Assembly: GCF_024223415.1 (NCBI RefSeq)
Contig: NZ_CP100501.1
DNA: 64,000 bases
Source of the DNA: Escherichia coli
GTDB lineage: Bacteria > Pseudomonadota > Gammaproteobacteria > Enterobacterales > Enterobacteriaceae
Strand: one strand, 5' to 3'
A program made the translations under genes and the position numbers. Of the stretch, positions 28,604-41,608 are shown in pieces. How positions within the stretch are numbered: the first letter of the stretch is position 1; each line of letters begins with the position of its first letter. The notes below the pieces were generated by a model, which did no database searches, was not told the DNA's origin, and saw only the letters and a program-made list of their open reading frames with translations.

Positions 28604-30763
28604 TTATTGTTTTATTCCGTCTTTATCATCTCTATTAATATTTTTCAGTTTTTCTTCACGAACGCCAGGTGTTCTGCGCATATTGGTATTACCTCCGGCA
28701 ATAATATCTTTGACGGATGAAACCATATTCCCCAGCATATTAACACCGTCACGTCCGCCCAGAAAATTAATCACATGGTCAGGCAGATAAGCCTGAAGCG
28801 CAAAAACGGCCGCAACCAGCGTGGTACAGACTCGGGCATAAATCAGCAAAAATCCTGCCATGCTGAATAGCCCCGTCAGGGAGTCTGTCTGTACATTGGC
28901 CAGTGCAGCTCCAAACAACGAATTTAGAATGGTTCCGGCAGCAATGATAGCGACTGACGCAAAGAAGAACCCGAATACCATCAGCAGCGGTCTGATCATG
29001 CTGTCTATCAGGTAGATGTAACCGTAAGCGGCCCGGCTTCCCCGGTCCTGGCTTGTTCCCAGGTGGGTGGCCGCCCAGAGGGGGCCAGCAGCACATCCAA
29101 TCAGCACGCTGACTATCCAGTTACCAATGCCGGTCATCCAGAAGATAAACGGAATAAACGGCAGGTAAATGGATAACGAAAAGCCGGCACAGAACAGCAA
29201 AAACAGCAGGAAGTAGAGCGGTGGAGCGGCTGCTTCCATAAAAGCCTTTGCAGCCTCAGGTAAGCCCGTAACGGTATTAACCAGCCGACCAAAAATGGAG
29301 TTGCTGCCGGCAGTCGAAAGCACCCTGACTGTGGTATAACCCGCCCAGATGCTTTCAGTAATGCCCATAGTGTAATCACCGATATTTTTCATTTTTATCA
29401 GTGGGTTTAGTTGGTCAGTGGTTGTGCCGGTTTTTGTAAAGATTGTTGCTACATTATTTGTAAGTTCTACTCCAGGAATTGAACTTAAAATAGCACTTTG
29501 CGGATCGTTACTGCCTGCGCTGTTATATTCATTTGCTGATTTTAATGTTCCCAGTGCAGGAGTATACGTTGAGTTCTGTAGCTGTGCCTGGTAAGCCCCC
29601 TTGACTTCCTTCAGGAACTCCGTATCCCCGGCTTCGCCCAGTGACGAGACGCCACTCACAGTAGGAGCGCGGTTGGCCAGGTCTTCCAGTCGCTGGTTGG
29701 CGGTGGCAAAGGTCTGGTACCAGGCGCCCAGGGCAACCCAGCCGTAGGTGGTCAGGTAGGATTTCAGCTGCTCCCTGCGCTCAGTTTCTGCGTTATCTGC
29801 CGGCAACGCCTTCTGCACCGTTTCTTCATACCGGTTGGCAGCCTTCTGAATACGGCTTTCAATATCCGGCAGGTTGCCGTTACCCGTGTCGCGTCGGGTC
29901 CGGTACGCTGACACAAATTCCTGCGCCGCGCTGTCCAGGTCACGGAGCATGGTATCCATGGCGGAGCGCTGTGCCGTCAGAACCCCCTGATATTCCGTTT
30001 CAATGAAGGGATTGAAAAAATGGGCCAGCGCGGACTGCTTGTTACTGCCGTTTCCTTTCACGGAGAGACTCACACTCCCGCAGGTGGCGCTGCCATTTGA
30101 GACGGTGACGGTATATCTGCCATTCTCTGTCCGTGAGGATTCGCTCATGGGCGGCGTTGATGAACGTGCGGTACGGTTAAAGTCATCGAGGCCCGTATTC
30201 ATGGCGTGTTTGCACAGTTCCATCTCCAGTATTCCCCGTGCTGCCGTGCGGGTGGAGACATGTACTGGCTGTACGGTCATTGAATAGCCTTCAGCGATGT
30301 TTTCTGCCGCTGTCTGAACCATGATATTGGCGGAACCGATGCCCATGATGGATGCGCCCCACAGCATGACCAGTTGTGCCAGACTCCAGCCGGAAGCGGT
30401 GGGCACAATCATCATAAAACCGCTCACAATACTGAGCATTCCGACGACGTCCCGTCCGTTGTTAAAGACATTGCCCTGGTGTCCCGTGCGGACAGCATGA
30501 CGGATACCAATAAACAGAAACCAGACTATCCCCATCGTGGCGATAATTGCGTTAAACACCATGAACAGGTTGCCAATGATGGTGTTGCTGCTGGCTGTCA
30601 GGGGATTTGTGACCACATCACCAAAAATGGTGACCAGTGCCTGGCGCGACAGGTCATCCGGATTGGTGGCGGCACTCACAATGTCCTGATAGGTGACGAA
30701 AGCCTGTGCAGGTACGGCAGCCAGCGCCAGACCTGCACTCAGTGCTCTGGGTATGATTTTCAC
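28604..30763 (-). CDS. traY: TraY (DotA-like polytopic membrane transfer protein)
   Basis: 719 aa, many TM helices; synteny and size. Confidence 0.8.
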   Translation of the reverse strand: MKIIPRALSAGLALAAVPAQAFVTYQDIVSAATNPDDLSRQALVTIFGDVVTNPLTASSNTIIGNLFMVFNAIIATMGIVWFLFIGIRHAVRTGHQGNVFNNGRDVVGMLSIVSGFMMIVPTASGWSLAQLVMLWGASIMGIGSANIMVQTAAENIAEGYSMTVQPVHVSTRTAARGILEMELCKHAMNTGLDDFNRTARSSTPPMSESSRTENGRYTVTVSNGSATCGSVSLSVKGNGSNKQSALAHFFNPFIETEYQGVLTAQRSAMDTMLRDLDSAAQEFVSAYRTRRDTGNGNLPDIESRIQKAANRYEETVQKALPADNAETERREQLKSYLTTYGWVALGAWYQTFATANQRLEDLANRAPTVSGVSSLGEAGDTEFLKEVKGAYQAQLQNSTYTPALGTLKSANEYNSAGSNDPQSAILSSIPGVELTNNVATIFTKTGTTTDQLNPLIKMKNIGDYTMGITESIWAGYTTVRVLSTAGSNSIFGRLVNTVTGLPEAAKAFMEAAAPPLYFLLFLLFCAGFSLSIYLPFIPFIFWMTGIGNWIVSVLIGCAAGPLWAATHLGTSQDRGSRAAYGYIYLIDSMIRPLLMVFGFFFASVAIIAAGTILNSLFGAALANVQTDSLTGLFSMAGFLLIYARVCTTLVAAVFALQAYLPDHVINFLGGRDGVNMLGNMVSSVKDIIAGGNTNMRRTPGVREEKLKNINRDDKDGIKQ

Positions 30764-30837
30764 GGTAACTCCGGAACCGAAGGGGATGCCCGGGCATCAG
30801 CCCCCGGAATGAGGAAAAGAAATTGCAGACCGGACGG

Positions 30838-31407
30838 TCAGTACTGCCGGTGGGTAATGGCCAGCCATGTGGCCTGTTTCCAGCCGTGCCGGGCCTGCAG
30901 GTAATCGGGGAAGGTGCCCTGTTCGTCCTCGCTGACCCGCCGTTCATTCAGCTGCCAGAGGCGGTATGACGCAATCAGGGCTTTTGAGGCACACAGTGCT
31001 GCAATGGTGCTCATCAGTAACAGGCAGACCAGGATACGTATCAGGGTGATGACCGGCAGTGCGGTGGCCGCAAGGGCCATACCACACAGCAGAAGTACCG
31101 GTATCATCATCAGCCAGAATCCTGTCCGCCAGAACATCCTGCGACGTCGCAGACGCCGGTCCAGTTCGTCGACCGTCAGTCCGCTGGCCCTGACCGCTTC
31201 CTCCCAGGTCATACAGACCGGACTCTCCGGTTGCCGGTCGGGCATGAGGCGCTTCAGGCGCGTTTTATGCTGGTCCAGCATATGGCGGCAGCTGCGCAGC
31301 ATCCAGCGGGTTTCTGCCAGTGGTGCGAACAGATTTATCCCTATATCACCGATGCGGCGGAGACGGGGGGCCGGTTTTTTTTCGTCGATGCTGTTGTCGT
31401 CTTTCAT
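30838..31407 (-). CDS. traX: TraX membrane transfer protein
   Basis: 189 aa; TM helices; synteny. Confidence 0.65.
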   Translation of the reverse strand: MKDDNSIDEKKPAPRLRRIGDIGINLFAPLAETRWMLRSCRHMLDQHKTRLKRLMPDRQPESPVCMTWEEAVRASGLTVDELDRRLRRRRMFWRTGFWLMMIPVLLLCGMALAATALPVITLIRILVCLLLMSTIAALCASKALIASYRLWQLNERRVSEDEQGTFPDYLQARHGWKQATWLAITHRQY

Positions 31408-32609
31408 CTTACGCTCCCCTGGCTCATGGCCTGTGACAGTTCGCCAAGGCGCTGTCCGTAATACTGCCGTGCGGCCAGCGCAAGTTGCTGCCCGGCGATA
31501 ACGTTACCCTGACGAATCTGCTCTTTCAGGTCGTTCATCTGCCAGTTCAGCAGGGCGGTGGTGCGCAGCAGTTCACGGAGAAGGTTATCGCCTTCCATGC
31601 CCTGCAGATCCTGCTGCCAGTCGGTGTTTGCATAGCGTCTGCCGGCTTCAAAGGCCTCAAACTCCCGCTGGCTCATGTGACCACGGGTGCGGGCCTCTGA
31701 TGATGCGGTCCGGTCAAAATATGCCGCAGCGGATGGTGACTGCAGGGCTTCAGTCAGCGCTCCACGGGTGGCCTCATTAGGGGTGCTGTCAGCTATCAGT
31801 GACAGTTGCGGATGAGAGGCGGCATCGATGATGCCGTTGTATTCATTCTGCAGGCCCACATACGTGCGCCCGGTCTGTGTTCCCACTTCACCTTTCCCCG
31901 GGGCACGACCCGCTGACGGTCTGGCGGTGTTTTTCATGTAAGCCGTGGCAGCATCAATCTGTTTCTGATCCCAGGTGAGGGCGGCAGGGGTATCTGCTGT
32001 GCCTGCACCCTGATAGAGCGATCGCACCTGGCTGTCTCCGCCCGGCAGCTCGCCCACGGCAGGGCAGACATCGGTTCCGCCAAAGCGGGCATATTCAGCT
32101 TCCGTGCAGTAACCGGCATGAATGCCTGCACTGTCATATGCCTCGCGGGTTGGTGAGTCTGCTGCCCGGGAGAGACGTTCACGGATGAGTTTACTGCTGA
32201 CGCCTCCTCCCTGACTCAGACGTGCAGCCGCAGACGCTGCTGCACGGCGACTTTCAGCTGCAACTCCGGAGGCGGATTCACTGCAGATGGAGTCCGGCAC
32301 GCTGAAGCTCTTCCGGGCTTCCTCAAGCCGGCGGGTTTCATTACTGAATATCATCTGCTGACGGGTGGCCTGCCCATCCTGTGCGATGACAGAGGCCAGC
32401 TTCTCTGAACTCTGGTTGATGGCTGTGCCGGTGGCTGTCTGCATACGGACCATCTCTGCCATCACGCCCTGAATGGCGGCCAGCTCCGGCATGATTTGTG
32501 TGGTGACAGGCTGGCTGGCCACTACGGTCACAGAATAGGCGTGGGTGGACGGGATAACCGCACAGCCTACCAGGAGTGCAAGCAGTGTGGTTGCTGGTTG
32601 TCTTTGCAT
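31404..32609 (-). CDS. traW: TraW lipoprotein
   Basis: Start at MQRQPATTLLALLVGCAV (lipobox LVGC); synteny. Confidence 0.7.
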   Translation of the reverse strand: MQRQPATTLLALLVGCAVIPSTHAYSVTVVASQPVTTQIMPELAAIQGVMAEMVRMQTATGTAINQSSEKLASVIAQDGQATRQQMIFSNETRRLEEARKSFSVPDSICSESASGVAAESRRAAASAAARLSQGGGVSSKLIRERLSRAADSPTREAYDSAGIHAGYCTEAEYARFGGTDVCPAVGELPGGDSQVRSLYQGAGTADTPAALTWDQKQIDAATAYMKNTARPSAGRAPGKGEVGTQTGRTYVGLQNEYNGIIDAASHPQLSLIADSTPNEATRGALTEALQSPSAAAYFDRTASSEARTRGHMSQREFEAFEAGRRYANTDWQQDLQGMEGDNLLRELLRTTALLNWQMNDLKEQIRQGNVIAGQQLALAARQYYGQRLGELSQAMSQGSVR

Positions 32610-33187
32610 TCTTTTTTCTCCGTTTTCAGGGGATACAGGATGTCTGGTACGCGGTGACTGTGTGATTCCGGCAGCGGAGCCAGCGGGAAACACTGGAAGC
32701 GGCGCGTGATCCATCCCTGACGGTTACGGTTATCGATGAGCGTGAAGGTACGACGCTTCACGCGTTTCAGTGTCGGGGTGTCGCTTTCCATGACCGGCCA
32801 GTCTCCGGCTGTGAGTGCCGGTGTGCCGGGGACATCCGGCCACAGCCAGGTGTTGTCAGACATCAGCGCCGTGAGAGGCGAGGGCAGAAGCCAGTGAATG
32901 ACATGCTGTATATCAAAAGGCGGTCGCTCCGGCACGTTAACCTGCCAGGTGGCCGTTGTTATCAGCGTGCCTGTCTCTCCGGGCAGGGCCAGGCGAATAC
33001 CACTCATCTCCCCGTCAGCCCGTCTGTCACTGGCAAAAATGACCCGGGGATTGGGGGACGGTCGCAGTGTGAAGCAGGCGGACGGCAGGGTGAAGCTGAA
33101 ACTGTCACCGTCCACGCGCAGCGTTTTCAGGAAGACCTGTCCCCGTGCAGGACGCCGGCAGCGGGGAGTGATGTGTATGCTGTACAT
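32567..33187 (-). CDS. traV: TraV
   Basis: 206 aa; start overlaps traU stop; synteny. Confidence 0.55.
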   Translation of the reverse strand: MYSIHITPRCRRPARGQVFLKTLRVDGDSFSFTLPSACFTLRPSPNPRVIFASDRRADGEMSGIRLALPGETGTLITTATWQVNVPERPPFDIQHVIHWLLPSPLTALMSDNTWLWPDVPGTPALTAGDWPVMESDTPTLKRVKRRTFTLIDNRNRQGWITRRFQCFPLAPLPESHSHRVPDILYPLKTEKKECKDNQQPHCLHSW

Positions 33188-36100
33188 CAGAGGTGATATC
33201 CCTGCTTACGGATGAGTTCCGCAGCCAGATCATGGATGACGTTTTCACTGTCATGTGTACGGGCGCGGTGTTCTATCAGTGAGGTGGCTGAACCACGGGG
33301 AAAGTTTTCTGCCAGGATCTGGCGTGCCCGCAGTGACCCGAGCTCCTGCGTCAGCGCACGTCTCAGGGCGCTGTCTTTGGGTGAGGAATTCAGAGCCCAC
33401 AGCTCCAGTGGACCGAGAGTGAATTTCAGGATCCGGGCCAGCGTACCGTTTTTTACACGGAACACAGCCAGTACCGGGACACCGCTGCCATCCGGTGCAG
33501 CCCCTTCCGGCATTTTCAGAAAGCGCCGCAGGGTGACTTCAGGGACACCAAAATTATCCCGCAGAAACGGAATTTCGTCAGGGCGGTAACGCAGCAACCA
33601 GAGGGTGTTGGCGGATTTGAGAACTGCCGGTGGATAGTCCTGCAGTAGCTGGGTGCTCAGCACTGTGCGTATCCCGAACTTACGCTGCTCCAGCTCCTGG
33701 GTGTCCAGGGCTTCCCAGATGAAGTTGATCCCTTTTGCATTGTGCAGTTCGTCATAGACTTTGGTCTTGACCTCCTGATCAAGCTGTTCAATGCGGCGGA
33801 AAATCACCTCATGGTAGCGTGGGTCGAGATTTTTCCGTATTTCCTCCTGATACTGCGGCAGGACAAAATCCCCGCCGGCGATTTGTCCTGCCAGCAGGTA
33901 CATGATGCCGGTGCGCAGACGCCCGGCAGGTGTCTTGTCACCGGCCACATTGTTCAGATCAACGGCCACAACGCGGGTGTCGGGGCTGAGCATAAACCGG
34001 GTACAGCCGGACATCATCGGGTAGTCACTGTGTCCCTGATCGAGGGCACGGCGGATGTAGTCCAGTAACAATTCTGCTGAGTTATCGCGCTGAACTGTGC
34101 CGAACACATCCCGGATGGATGGCTGTCCCAGCAGGGCGGACATTTCAGCCAGCAGGGGCATGGCCTGGTAGTGTGCCCGCTGGGCTGCGGGGATATTGCC
34201 AGCCATATGCAGCATGTCCCTGATTTCAAACCAGGTGGCAGCATTCCACCATCCAGAGTCATGTTGTTCTGCGATGCCACTCTCTTCCAGGGCGAGATCC
34301 ACAAGGGGCTCTGTTCCTGCACGGTACAGTCTGGGGTTGTTTTCGCCATACTCCCTGAAGGCCAGATCCACCAGGTTGCTTATGATTTGCCGGGTGTCAC
34401 CGGGATTACAGGGCTGACCGGTGCCGGTATCCACGCACAGTGCGCAGAGTACAGATACCATGAAGTTCTTTTCCGGGGTGGCGGGTTTTTTAGCACCGTA
34501 CATCACATCAAACAGGTTACGGGTGTGTTCCGGATCATTGCTCAGAATGATCCCCACGGCTTCGTCCTTTCTCTGCTCCGGCAGGCTGTCACGGATAAGC
34601 TGTACCAGTCCCTGTGCACTGAATCCCTTGTCGATATAGGCAATGAAAGGCAGGTTCTTCTGGGCTGAGGCTATCTGGATCTCCGACAGTGCGTTGATGA
34701 GTACCGATTTGCCCAGACCGGGTGCGCCGGGCGTCAGTTCCGTGTGCTTGTTCTGTTGTGACGATGCCAGTGCGACCTCCCATGCAGAGCCGTCCTCGGT
34801 GTGCATCATCAGATTTCCCTGTCCCCGCCAGACAGAGCCTGCCCTGTTCAGGGGAAACAGGGAAAGGGCGTGTGAAAGGGGCGGGTAAAGGGGGATCGGG
34901 CCGGAGCTGTGGGAGGCTGCCAGAACCGTGTTCACCCAGGCACGTCTCGGATCACCGAAGGTGGTGGTGGTGCCGCATACCCCCCAGCCTTCCAGCGCAG
35001 ATTTCAGGAGAGCCTGGTTACGGGTACAGACTTCCCGGCTGTTTCCCCATGTGGTGGCAACAATGGTCATGATACAGACCGGATCATGTTTGTTGATGTC
35101 ATTCAGCATCATCACCGAGTCATACATGGGCCGGAGAGGGGAAATAAAGCTGCTGTAGGTTAGCAGGGTTTTCTTGACCCCAAGCGCCTTCATGCCGCCG
35201 GGTATCAGATCCATCCGGATACGCCAGGGGATTGCGCGGGGCACATCCCTGACCAGCTGGTTGAATGTCCGCAGATTCTGGGGTGGCAGGGTAATGGCGA
35301 CCATACCGTGCCAGAGGTCACCGGCCTTTATCAGGCTGCCGTGTGTTTCAGGCTGTGTGGTGAATAACTGCAGATTCAGCGACGGTGCGTGGAATACAGA
35401 GGTATCCTCGCCCTGTCGCCAGCCGGCAGGACGGGCATCTTCAGGCAGATGAGGCTGCCATACTGCAGGTGTGCTGTTGCGCTCCAGTTGACGGCGGATT
35501 TCCCGTCCCACTTCATGAATATCCATCAGGCGAACCAGCAGACCATCAGAATCATGTGTCAGGGCCTGCTCCAGCGTGTCCAGAAAGGCGTCATGCCGTA
35601 TTTTGAGTGCGGAAAGTGTCCAGCGCCATGGATCCTGCGCAAATCGGGCTGGCGGAGCGTGTTCAGCGAGTTTCCTGATACGGGTCTGGTGGTCCTTGCG
35701 ATCGGTCCGGCTCAGCAGTTCTTCAGAGCTCCAGACGGTCAGCCAGCAGCGTTCCCGGACAAGCCAGGGGGTGAGCGTGGTGACTTTTTCATCCAGAACG
35801 TCCTGAAGCAGGATCCCCGTACGTGCGATGGATTTTCGCTGGGGTAAGAGCATGGCTTCGATTTCATCCCTTCCACGCTCCGGATCGCGTTCGAAAACAA
35901 AACTGATTTTGTGACCGGTGTTTTTATAGGCAGTGTTCATTCGCTCTGCCAGCGCTGTAATCAGTGATTCCAGTGTGCCGGGGGCTGTCAGGTCCGGGTT
36001 TTCATCCATTTCTTTCAGGGCACCGCTGATTTCAAAGACGGAAAGGTAATACCCCTGTTTTGTGGTGGCAATGTAGGGGGCTTTCAGCCAGGGGCGGCGT

Positions 36101-36243
36101 TCGCGGTCCTGTTGGTCCAGACCGATGACGGTGTGCAGATCACAGTAATCGGGGAAGAATGCGGAAACGGAATACCGTGACAGGGTACTGATACAGTCTT
36201 CAATGGCAAAAATAATGCGGTTGATATTCATGGCATGGAGCAC
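33187..36243 (-). CDS. traU: TraU (DotO/IcmB-like, VirB4-type ATPase)
   Basis: 1018 aa; Walker A GAPGLGKS; synteny. Confidence 0.85.
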   Translation of the reverse strand: MLHAMNINRIIFAIEDCISTLSRYSVSAFFPDYCDLHTVIGLDQQDRERRPWLKAPYIATTKQGYYLSVFEISGALKEMDENPDLTAPGTLESLITALAERMNTAYKNTGHKISFVFERDPERGRDEIEAMLLPQRKSIARTGILLQDVLDEKVTTLTPWLVRERCWLTVWSSEELLSRTDRKDHQTRIRKLAEHAPPARFAQDPWRWTLSALKIRHDAFLDTLEQALTHDSDGLLVRLMDIHEVGREIRRQLERNSTPAVWQPHLPEDARPAGWRQGEDTSVFHAPSLNLQLFTTQPETHGSLIKAGDLWHGMVAITLPPQNLRTFNQLVRDVPRAIPWRIRMDLIPGGMKALGVKKTLLTYSSFISPLRPMYDSVMMLNDINKHDPVCIMTIVATTWGNSREVCTRNQALLKSALEGWGVCGTTTTFGDPRRAWVNTVLAASHSSGPIPLYPPLSHALSLFPLNRAGSVWRGQGNLMMHTEDGSAWEVALASSQQNKHTELTPGAPGLGKSVLINALSEIQIASAQKNLPFIAYIDKGFSAQGLVQLIRDSLPEQRKDEAVGIILSNDPEHTRNLFDVMYGAKKPATPEKNFMVSVLCALCVDTGTGQPCNPGDTRQIISNLVDLAFREYGENNPRLYRAGTEPLVDLALEESGIAEQHDSGWWNAATWFEIRDMLHMAGNIPAAQRAHYQAMPLLAEMSALLGQPSIRDVFGTVQRDNSAELLLDYIRRALDQGHSDYPMMSGCTRFMLSPDTRVVAVDLNNVAGDKTPAGRLRTGIMYLLAGQIAGGDFVLPQYQEEIRKNLDPRYHEVIFRRIEQLDQEVKTKVYDELHNAKGINFIWEALDTQELEQRKFGIRTVLSTQLLQDYPPAVLKSANTLWLLRYRPDEIPFLRDNFGVPEVTLRRFLKMPEGAAPDGSGVPVLAVFRVKNGTLARILKFTLGPLELWALNSSPKDSALRRALTQELGSLRARQILAENFPRGSATSLIEHRARTHDSENVIHDLAAELIRKQGYHL

Positions 36244-36534
36244 TCCGGTAAGGATGAATCATCACTGTCTGATATTTTTTGATGCCACAGCAGGGGATGT
36301 GGCATGAAAAAACAGCAGAGGAAATAAATAATCTGTTGAGGGACAGGTGCGTATTTCTGTGTGATTACAGTAAATAATAAAAATGTAATAAGGTGGAAAC
36401 ACGCTGTCAGCTTAGTGAATTTACAGGCGGATAAGTGATTTTATTAATATGTACAACAATAGATTTTCTTCTTTTATTTTGTATAAATACCGGTGGGACA
36501 TAAAAGAAACGGAGACTGCAGAGACAGAGATGAA

Positions 36535-36566
36535 GGGGTTCTACGCCGGAACCGCCGAAATTTCCG
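36535..36566 (+). repeat. Tn3-family terminal inverted repeat (tnpA-proximal)
   Basis: See transposon feature. Confidence 0.75.
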
Positions 36567-38940
<2,374 letters not shown>

Positions 38941-39088
38941 CTTGCCCCCCGAAATTAATGTCCGTAAGAGGATCGTTAAGCGGACAGTAATAACCACTTT
39001 TATAATCCGCCTATTTATTAGGCTGACGTTGTCTCATATAACTGGTACGATATCAATCTCTTTTATCCCCCCTTAAACGTACATTAAT
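38941..39088. promoter_or_regulatory. res site region between divergent tnpA and tnpR
   Basis: AT-rich; TGTCCGTAAGAGGATCGTTAAGCGGACA inverted repeat typical of a resolvase subsite. Confidence 0.5.
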
Positions 39089-39664
39089 ATGACTGGAATC
39101 AAGATTGGCTATGCTCGTTGCTCCACAGACCAACAAGACCTAACTGCCCAGATAGATGCGCTGATAAATCTAGGCATTTCCACTGACAGGATCTATACAG
39201 ACAAAGGACTGACTGGTTCAAACCGACAGAGGCCGGGCCTAGAACAGGCGCTTGCAGCGGTTCGAGAGGGAGATACGCTAGTTGTTCCAAAACTAGATCG
39301 TTTAGCCCGTTCAGTACCTGATGCAAGAGGTATTGCTGATATCCTACAAGCTCGAGGAGCGAAACTCGCTCTAGGGGACAGTATCTATGATCCAACAGAC
39401 CCGATGGGGAAAATGTTCTTCAATATTCTTGCTACTTTTGCAGAGTTTGAAGGAGACCTTATTCGACTACGAACTAAAGAGGGGATGGCTGTTGCCCGTT
39501 CAAAGGGAAAATTGAAAGGAAAACAGCCTAAATTATCTGAAAAACAACAAAAAGAACTATGCCGTATGCGTGATACTGGCCAGTACTCTATCAGCGATCT
39601 AGCGGAACTATTTACCGTCTCGCGTGCAACGGTTTATCGAACACTTTCACGAGGACAAAAATGA
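39089..39664 (+). CDS. tnpR: TnpR serine resolvase
   Basis: IGYARCSTDQQDL catalytic serine motif; C-terminal HTH. Confidence 0.85.
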   Translation: MTGIKIGYARCSTDQQDLTAQIDALINLGISTDRIYTDKGLTGSNRQRPGLEQALAAVREGDTLVVPKLDRLARSVPDARGIADILQARGAKLALGDSIYDPTDPMGKMFFNILATFAEFEGDLIRLRTKEGMAVARSKGKLKGKQPKLSEKQQKELCRMRDTGQYSISDLAELFTVSRATVYRTLSRGQK

Positions 39665-39875
39665 CCGATTTAACTACACAGCAACATCTAGTAAAAATTG
39701 TCCATGATTATGCCTGCCCTCAAAAGGGTCATGGACAGTCCATCAAAGGTTCAAATGGATTACATCTGCATTCAATACCCAGATTACTTCCGCTTTGCTA
39801 AATGGATAGAACGGTTGGCGTAGGGTATTGTTGATGGTGTAATTAAAGTTCCTAAAGATCATTAAAATATCAGAT

Positions 39876-39914
39876 CGGAAATTTAGGCGGTTCCGGCGTA
39901 GAACCCAGAACCCC
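39876..39914 (-). repeat. internal third copy of the Tn3-family IR (1 mismatch, short duplication at tip)
   Basis: cggaaatttaggcggttccggcgtagaaccc agaacccc, same orientation as the IR at 41963-41994. Confidence 0.65.
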
Positions 39915-39923
39915 TTATCCGAA

Positions 39924-40787
39924 TTATTGTTCAGTTAACTTCATTTCGACAAGTAAAGGTAAATGATCTGAGACAGATGCATATGGCTTACTTTCAGGGG
40001 TCGCTCTATCTGACGGTTTAGGAATATATACATCTTTAATGTCCCATTTTTGAGCATTTGATGTAAGTATATAATCAATTTTCCTGTCTGGATTCCATGA
40101 TGGTGCCGTGTACTTCAATTCCTTATCAGTGTCATTGAACCATGCTGTTAAATCCAAGTACTCTGTTGATTGAGGTGGTAAATTAAGATCACCCACTATA
40201 ATTGGAAGTGCATTTTTAAACTGCCAAGAAGAGAATTTTGTTTGAAGAGTTCTTACTTGCTCTGCTCGTAATGGCTGCGTAGTGAAGTCCAAATGAGTAG
40301 TTACTAACATAACAGGCGCAGGATAATTAGGGACATCAACTTCTACAGCACAGGCCGCTCTTTGCTCCGCACCTTTGATGTTAGGTAGTTCCATCCTTTT
40401 ACTCAATTTCAAATCATACTTAGACAGTACTGCTGTACCATATTCCCCACCATCATGATCTATAGCCTTGCAGAAGTAATAATTCATTCCCAACTTATTA
40501 GCTATATACTCTGCTTGATTGACTGGGTTAGAACCCTCTTTACTAAAGTTCTTACCAGAACGCCTAGTCATGTTATCAACTTCTTGCAGTCCAATAATAT
40601 CAACATTCATTTTACGAATTGCTTCTACAATGGCATCAGTACTCCCCATTCTAGAGGCCATTATGTTATATGACCCAACACGAATACTATCGGTATCTGC
40701 TGGACCATCCATGAGGCGATCAGAAGCTAAAGTTGAAGAGGAAAGAACTATAAACCCTATAACCGCAGCAATGCTTGTTAATTTCAT
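39924..40787 (-). CDS. secreted endonuclease/exonuclease/phosphatase (EEP, DNase I-like fold) family protein
   Basis: 287 aa; signal peptide MKLTSIAAVIGFIVLSSSTLA; SYNIM...DIIGLQEV and SDHLP motifs of the EEP fold; AT-rich relative to surroundings. Confidence 0.7.
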   Translation of the reverse strand: MKLTSIAAVIGFIVLSSSTLASDRLMDGPADTDSIRVGSYNIMASRMGSTDAIVEAIRKMNVDIIGLQEVDNMTRRSGKNFSKEGSNPVNQAEYIANKLGMNYYFCKAIDHDGGEYGTAVLSKYDLKLSKRMELPNIKGAEQRAACAVEVDVPNYPAPVMLVTTHLDFTTQPLRAEQVRTLQTKFSSWQFKNALPIIVGDLNLPPQSTEYLDLTAWFNDTDKELKYTAPSWNPDRKIDYILTSNAQKWDIKDVYIPKPSDRATPESKPYASVSDHLPLLVEMKLTEQ

Positions 40788-40799
40788 TTGGATTTGCCC

Positions 40800-41414
40800 C
40801 TATATTTCCAGATACCTGTTATCACTTAACCCATTACTGGCTTGCTGCCGTAGATATTCCCGTGGCGAGCGATAACCCAGTGCACTATGCGGATGCCATT
40901 CGTTATAATGCTCGAACGCCTCTGCAAGGTTCTTTGCTGCCGTTAACCCGTCTGGTTTGGGCATGACACTGATGTAGTCACGCTTTATCGTTTTCACGAA
41001 GCTCTCTGCTATGCCGTTACTCTCCGGACTCCGCACCGCCGTGCTCTTCGGTTCAAGCCCCAACATCCGGGCAAACTGCCGTGTTTCATTAGCCCGGTAG
41101 CATGAACCATTATCCGTCATCCATATCACCACGTCAAAGGGTGACAGCAGGCTCATAAGACGCCCCAGCGTCGCCATAGTGCGTTCACCGAATACGTGCG
41201 CAACAACCGTCTTCCGGAGCCTGTCATACGCGTAAAACAGCCAGCGCTGGCGCGATTTAGCCCCGACATAGCCCCACTGTTCGTCCATTTCCGCGCAGAC
41301 GATGACGTCACTGCCCGGCTGTATGCGCGAGGTTACCGACTGCGGCCTGAGTTTTTTAAGTGACGTAAAATCGTGTTGAGGCCAACGCCCATAATGCGGG
41401 CTGTTGCCCGGCAT
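40800..41414 (-). pseudogene. chimeric in-frame ORF: IS1 InsB N-terminal about 100 aa fused to IS2 InsD C-terminal about 100 aa
   Basis: [16 protein letters not shown]...DVVIWMTD | [19 protein letters not shown]... Confidence 0.7.
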
Positions 41415-41608
41415 CCAACGCCATTCATGGCCATATCAATGATTTTCTGGTGCGTACCGGGTTGAGAAGCGGTGTAAGTGAACTGCAGTTGCCATGTTTT
41501 ACGGCAGTGAGAGCAGAGATAGCGCTGATGTCCGGCGGTGCTTTTGCCGTTACGCACCACCCCGTCAGTAGCTGAACAGGAGGGACAGCTGATAGAAACA
41601 GAAGCCAC
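41333..41608 (-). CDS. insA: IS1 InsA
   Basis: [43 protein letters not shown] (GTG start). Confidence 0.8.

Noticed and set aside
33212-36000. Numerous plus-strand ORFs inside traU (for example 34171-34668, 35389-35847)
   Set aside because: Antisense to a 1018-aa ATPase gene with a clear Walker A motif; no independent support
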